This document shows positions 25,405-25,902 of a DNA stretch of 25,902 nt, piece after piece. The translations under genes were made by a program, and so were the position numbers. Under the pieces are notes generated by a model. It saw nothing but the letters and a program-made list of their open reading frames with translations, did no database searches and was not told the origin of the DNA. The DNA comes from Armatimonadia bacterium (GTDB lineage Bacteria; Armatimonadota; Zipacnadia; Zipacnadales; UBA11051): NCBI GenBank assembly GCA_039683575.1, contig JBDKRC010000123.1, forward strand, positions 1 to 25,902, written 5' to 3'. The first letter of the stretch is position 1. Every line of letters begins with the position of its first letter.

Positions 25405-25902
25405 CTAGGAGGGGTTGCGCCGCCACTGGTTCGTGTTGTAGCTCGTCCAGCTTGTCTCGACTCGTAGCCATTTCGCATGGCCATCCGCGTAGGCGGCATT
25501 GGCGCCGTCATTGTGTCTGGCAAGCATGCGGGCCTGGGTAGTGACATTGAAGGCCCAGGGCTGCGGATACATGCCACCGCGCGAAGCTGTCCCGTCGGAT
25601 CGGCCGGCGTCGCCGATTAGCAGGAAGTTGGCCGGGCTGGCAATCTGCCCGACCGTGACTTTCTCGTTGACCCCGAAGTCGGGGTTGGCGAGGTACCAGG
25701 CCTGTTGCGAGGCGCTGGGAAGGAGTGCTTCGTTCTCGTTGTTACCATAGTCGGCGTTGTACCAGGCACCGGGCGCGGGGGCTGGCCACGCCGGAGCCGA
25801 GGGGCACTTGAAGATCTGTGTGTTCTTTATATATGGCAGGAGCTTGTTTTGGTAGCTGTACTGGGCGCGGGCAGCGGCGGTGTCGGCTGTGCCCGCGGGA
25901 GC
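25405..25902 (-). CDS. DUF1559/H-X9-DG prepilin-like protein, C-terminal part (5' end beyond window; absent from the ORF track)
   Basis: Manual translation gives an open frame from 25902 to TAG at 25405: ...LLPYIKNTQIFKCPS...IASPANFLLIGD...RH-NDGANAAYA-DGHAKW...NQWRRNPS*. Confidence 0.88.
   Translation of the reverse strand, partial: APAGTADTAAARAQYSYQNKLLPYIKNTQIFKCPSAPAWPAPAPGAWYNADYGNNENEALLPSASQQAWYLANPDFGVNEKVTVGQIASPANFLLIGDAGRSDGTASRGGMYPQPWAFNVTTQARMLARHNDGANAAYADGHAKWLRVETSWTSYNTNQWRRNPS

Overview
GC-rich bacterial chromosomal window. The phylum is probably Armatimonadota, inferred from two DUF1559/H-X9-DG prepilin-like genes, the complete one carrying the '[36 protein letters not shown]' signature. 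In order it contains: a repeat-rich intergenic region; a DUF1559 pilin-like gene; a tandem pair of palindromic elements with ~10-bp periodicity; a cyclase-family hydrolase; an L-Ara4N (arn) operon (arnT-arnB-arnC-split arnA-arnD, no flippase); a convergent tripartite RND efflux operon with AbrB-type and TetR regulators; a LamG protein and a large CBM9-like/GH-like secreted protein; a TM1266-hydG pair without hydA/E/F; an amidohydrolase; and a NitT/TauT-type ABC ATPase and permease directly downstream of a second, truncated DUF1559 gene. The best novelty candidate is the ~180-nt leader of TM1266-hydG. It has a clean sigma70-type promoter, several hairpins and an intrinsic terminator ahead of the first gene, which is riboswitch/attenuator architecture, yet I cannot assign it to a known class. 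All family calls come from motif recognition by eye; no searches were run.
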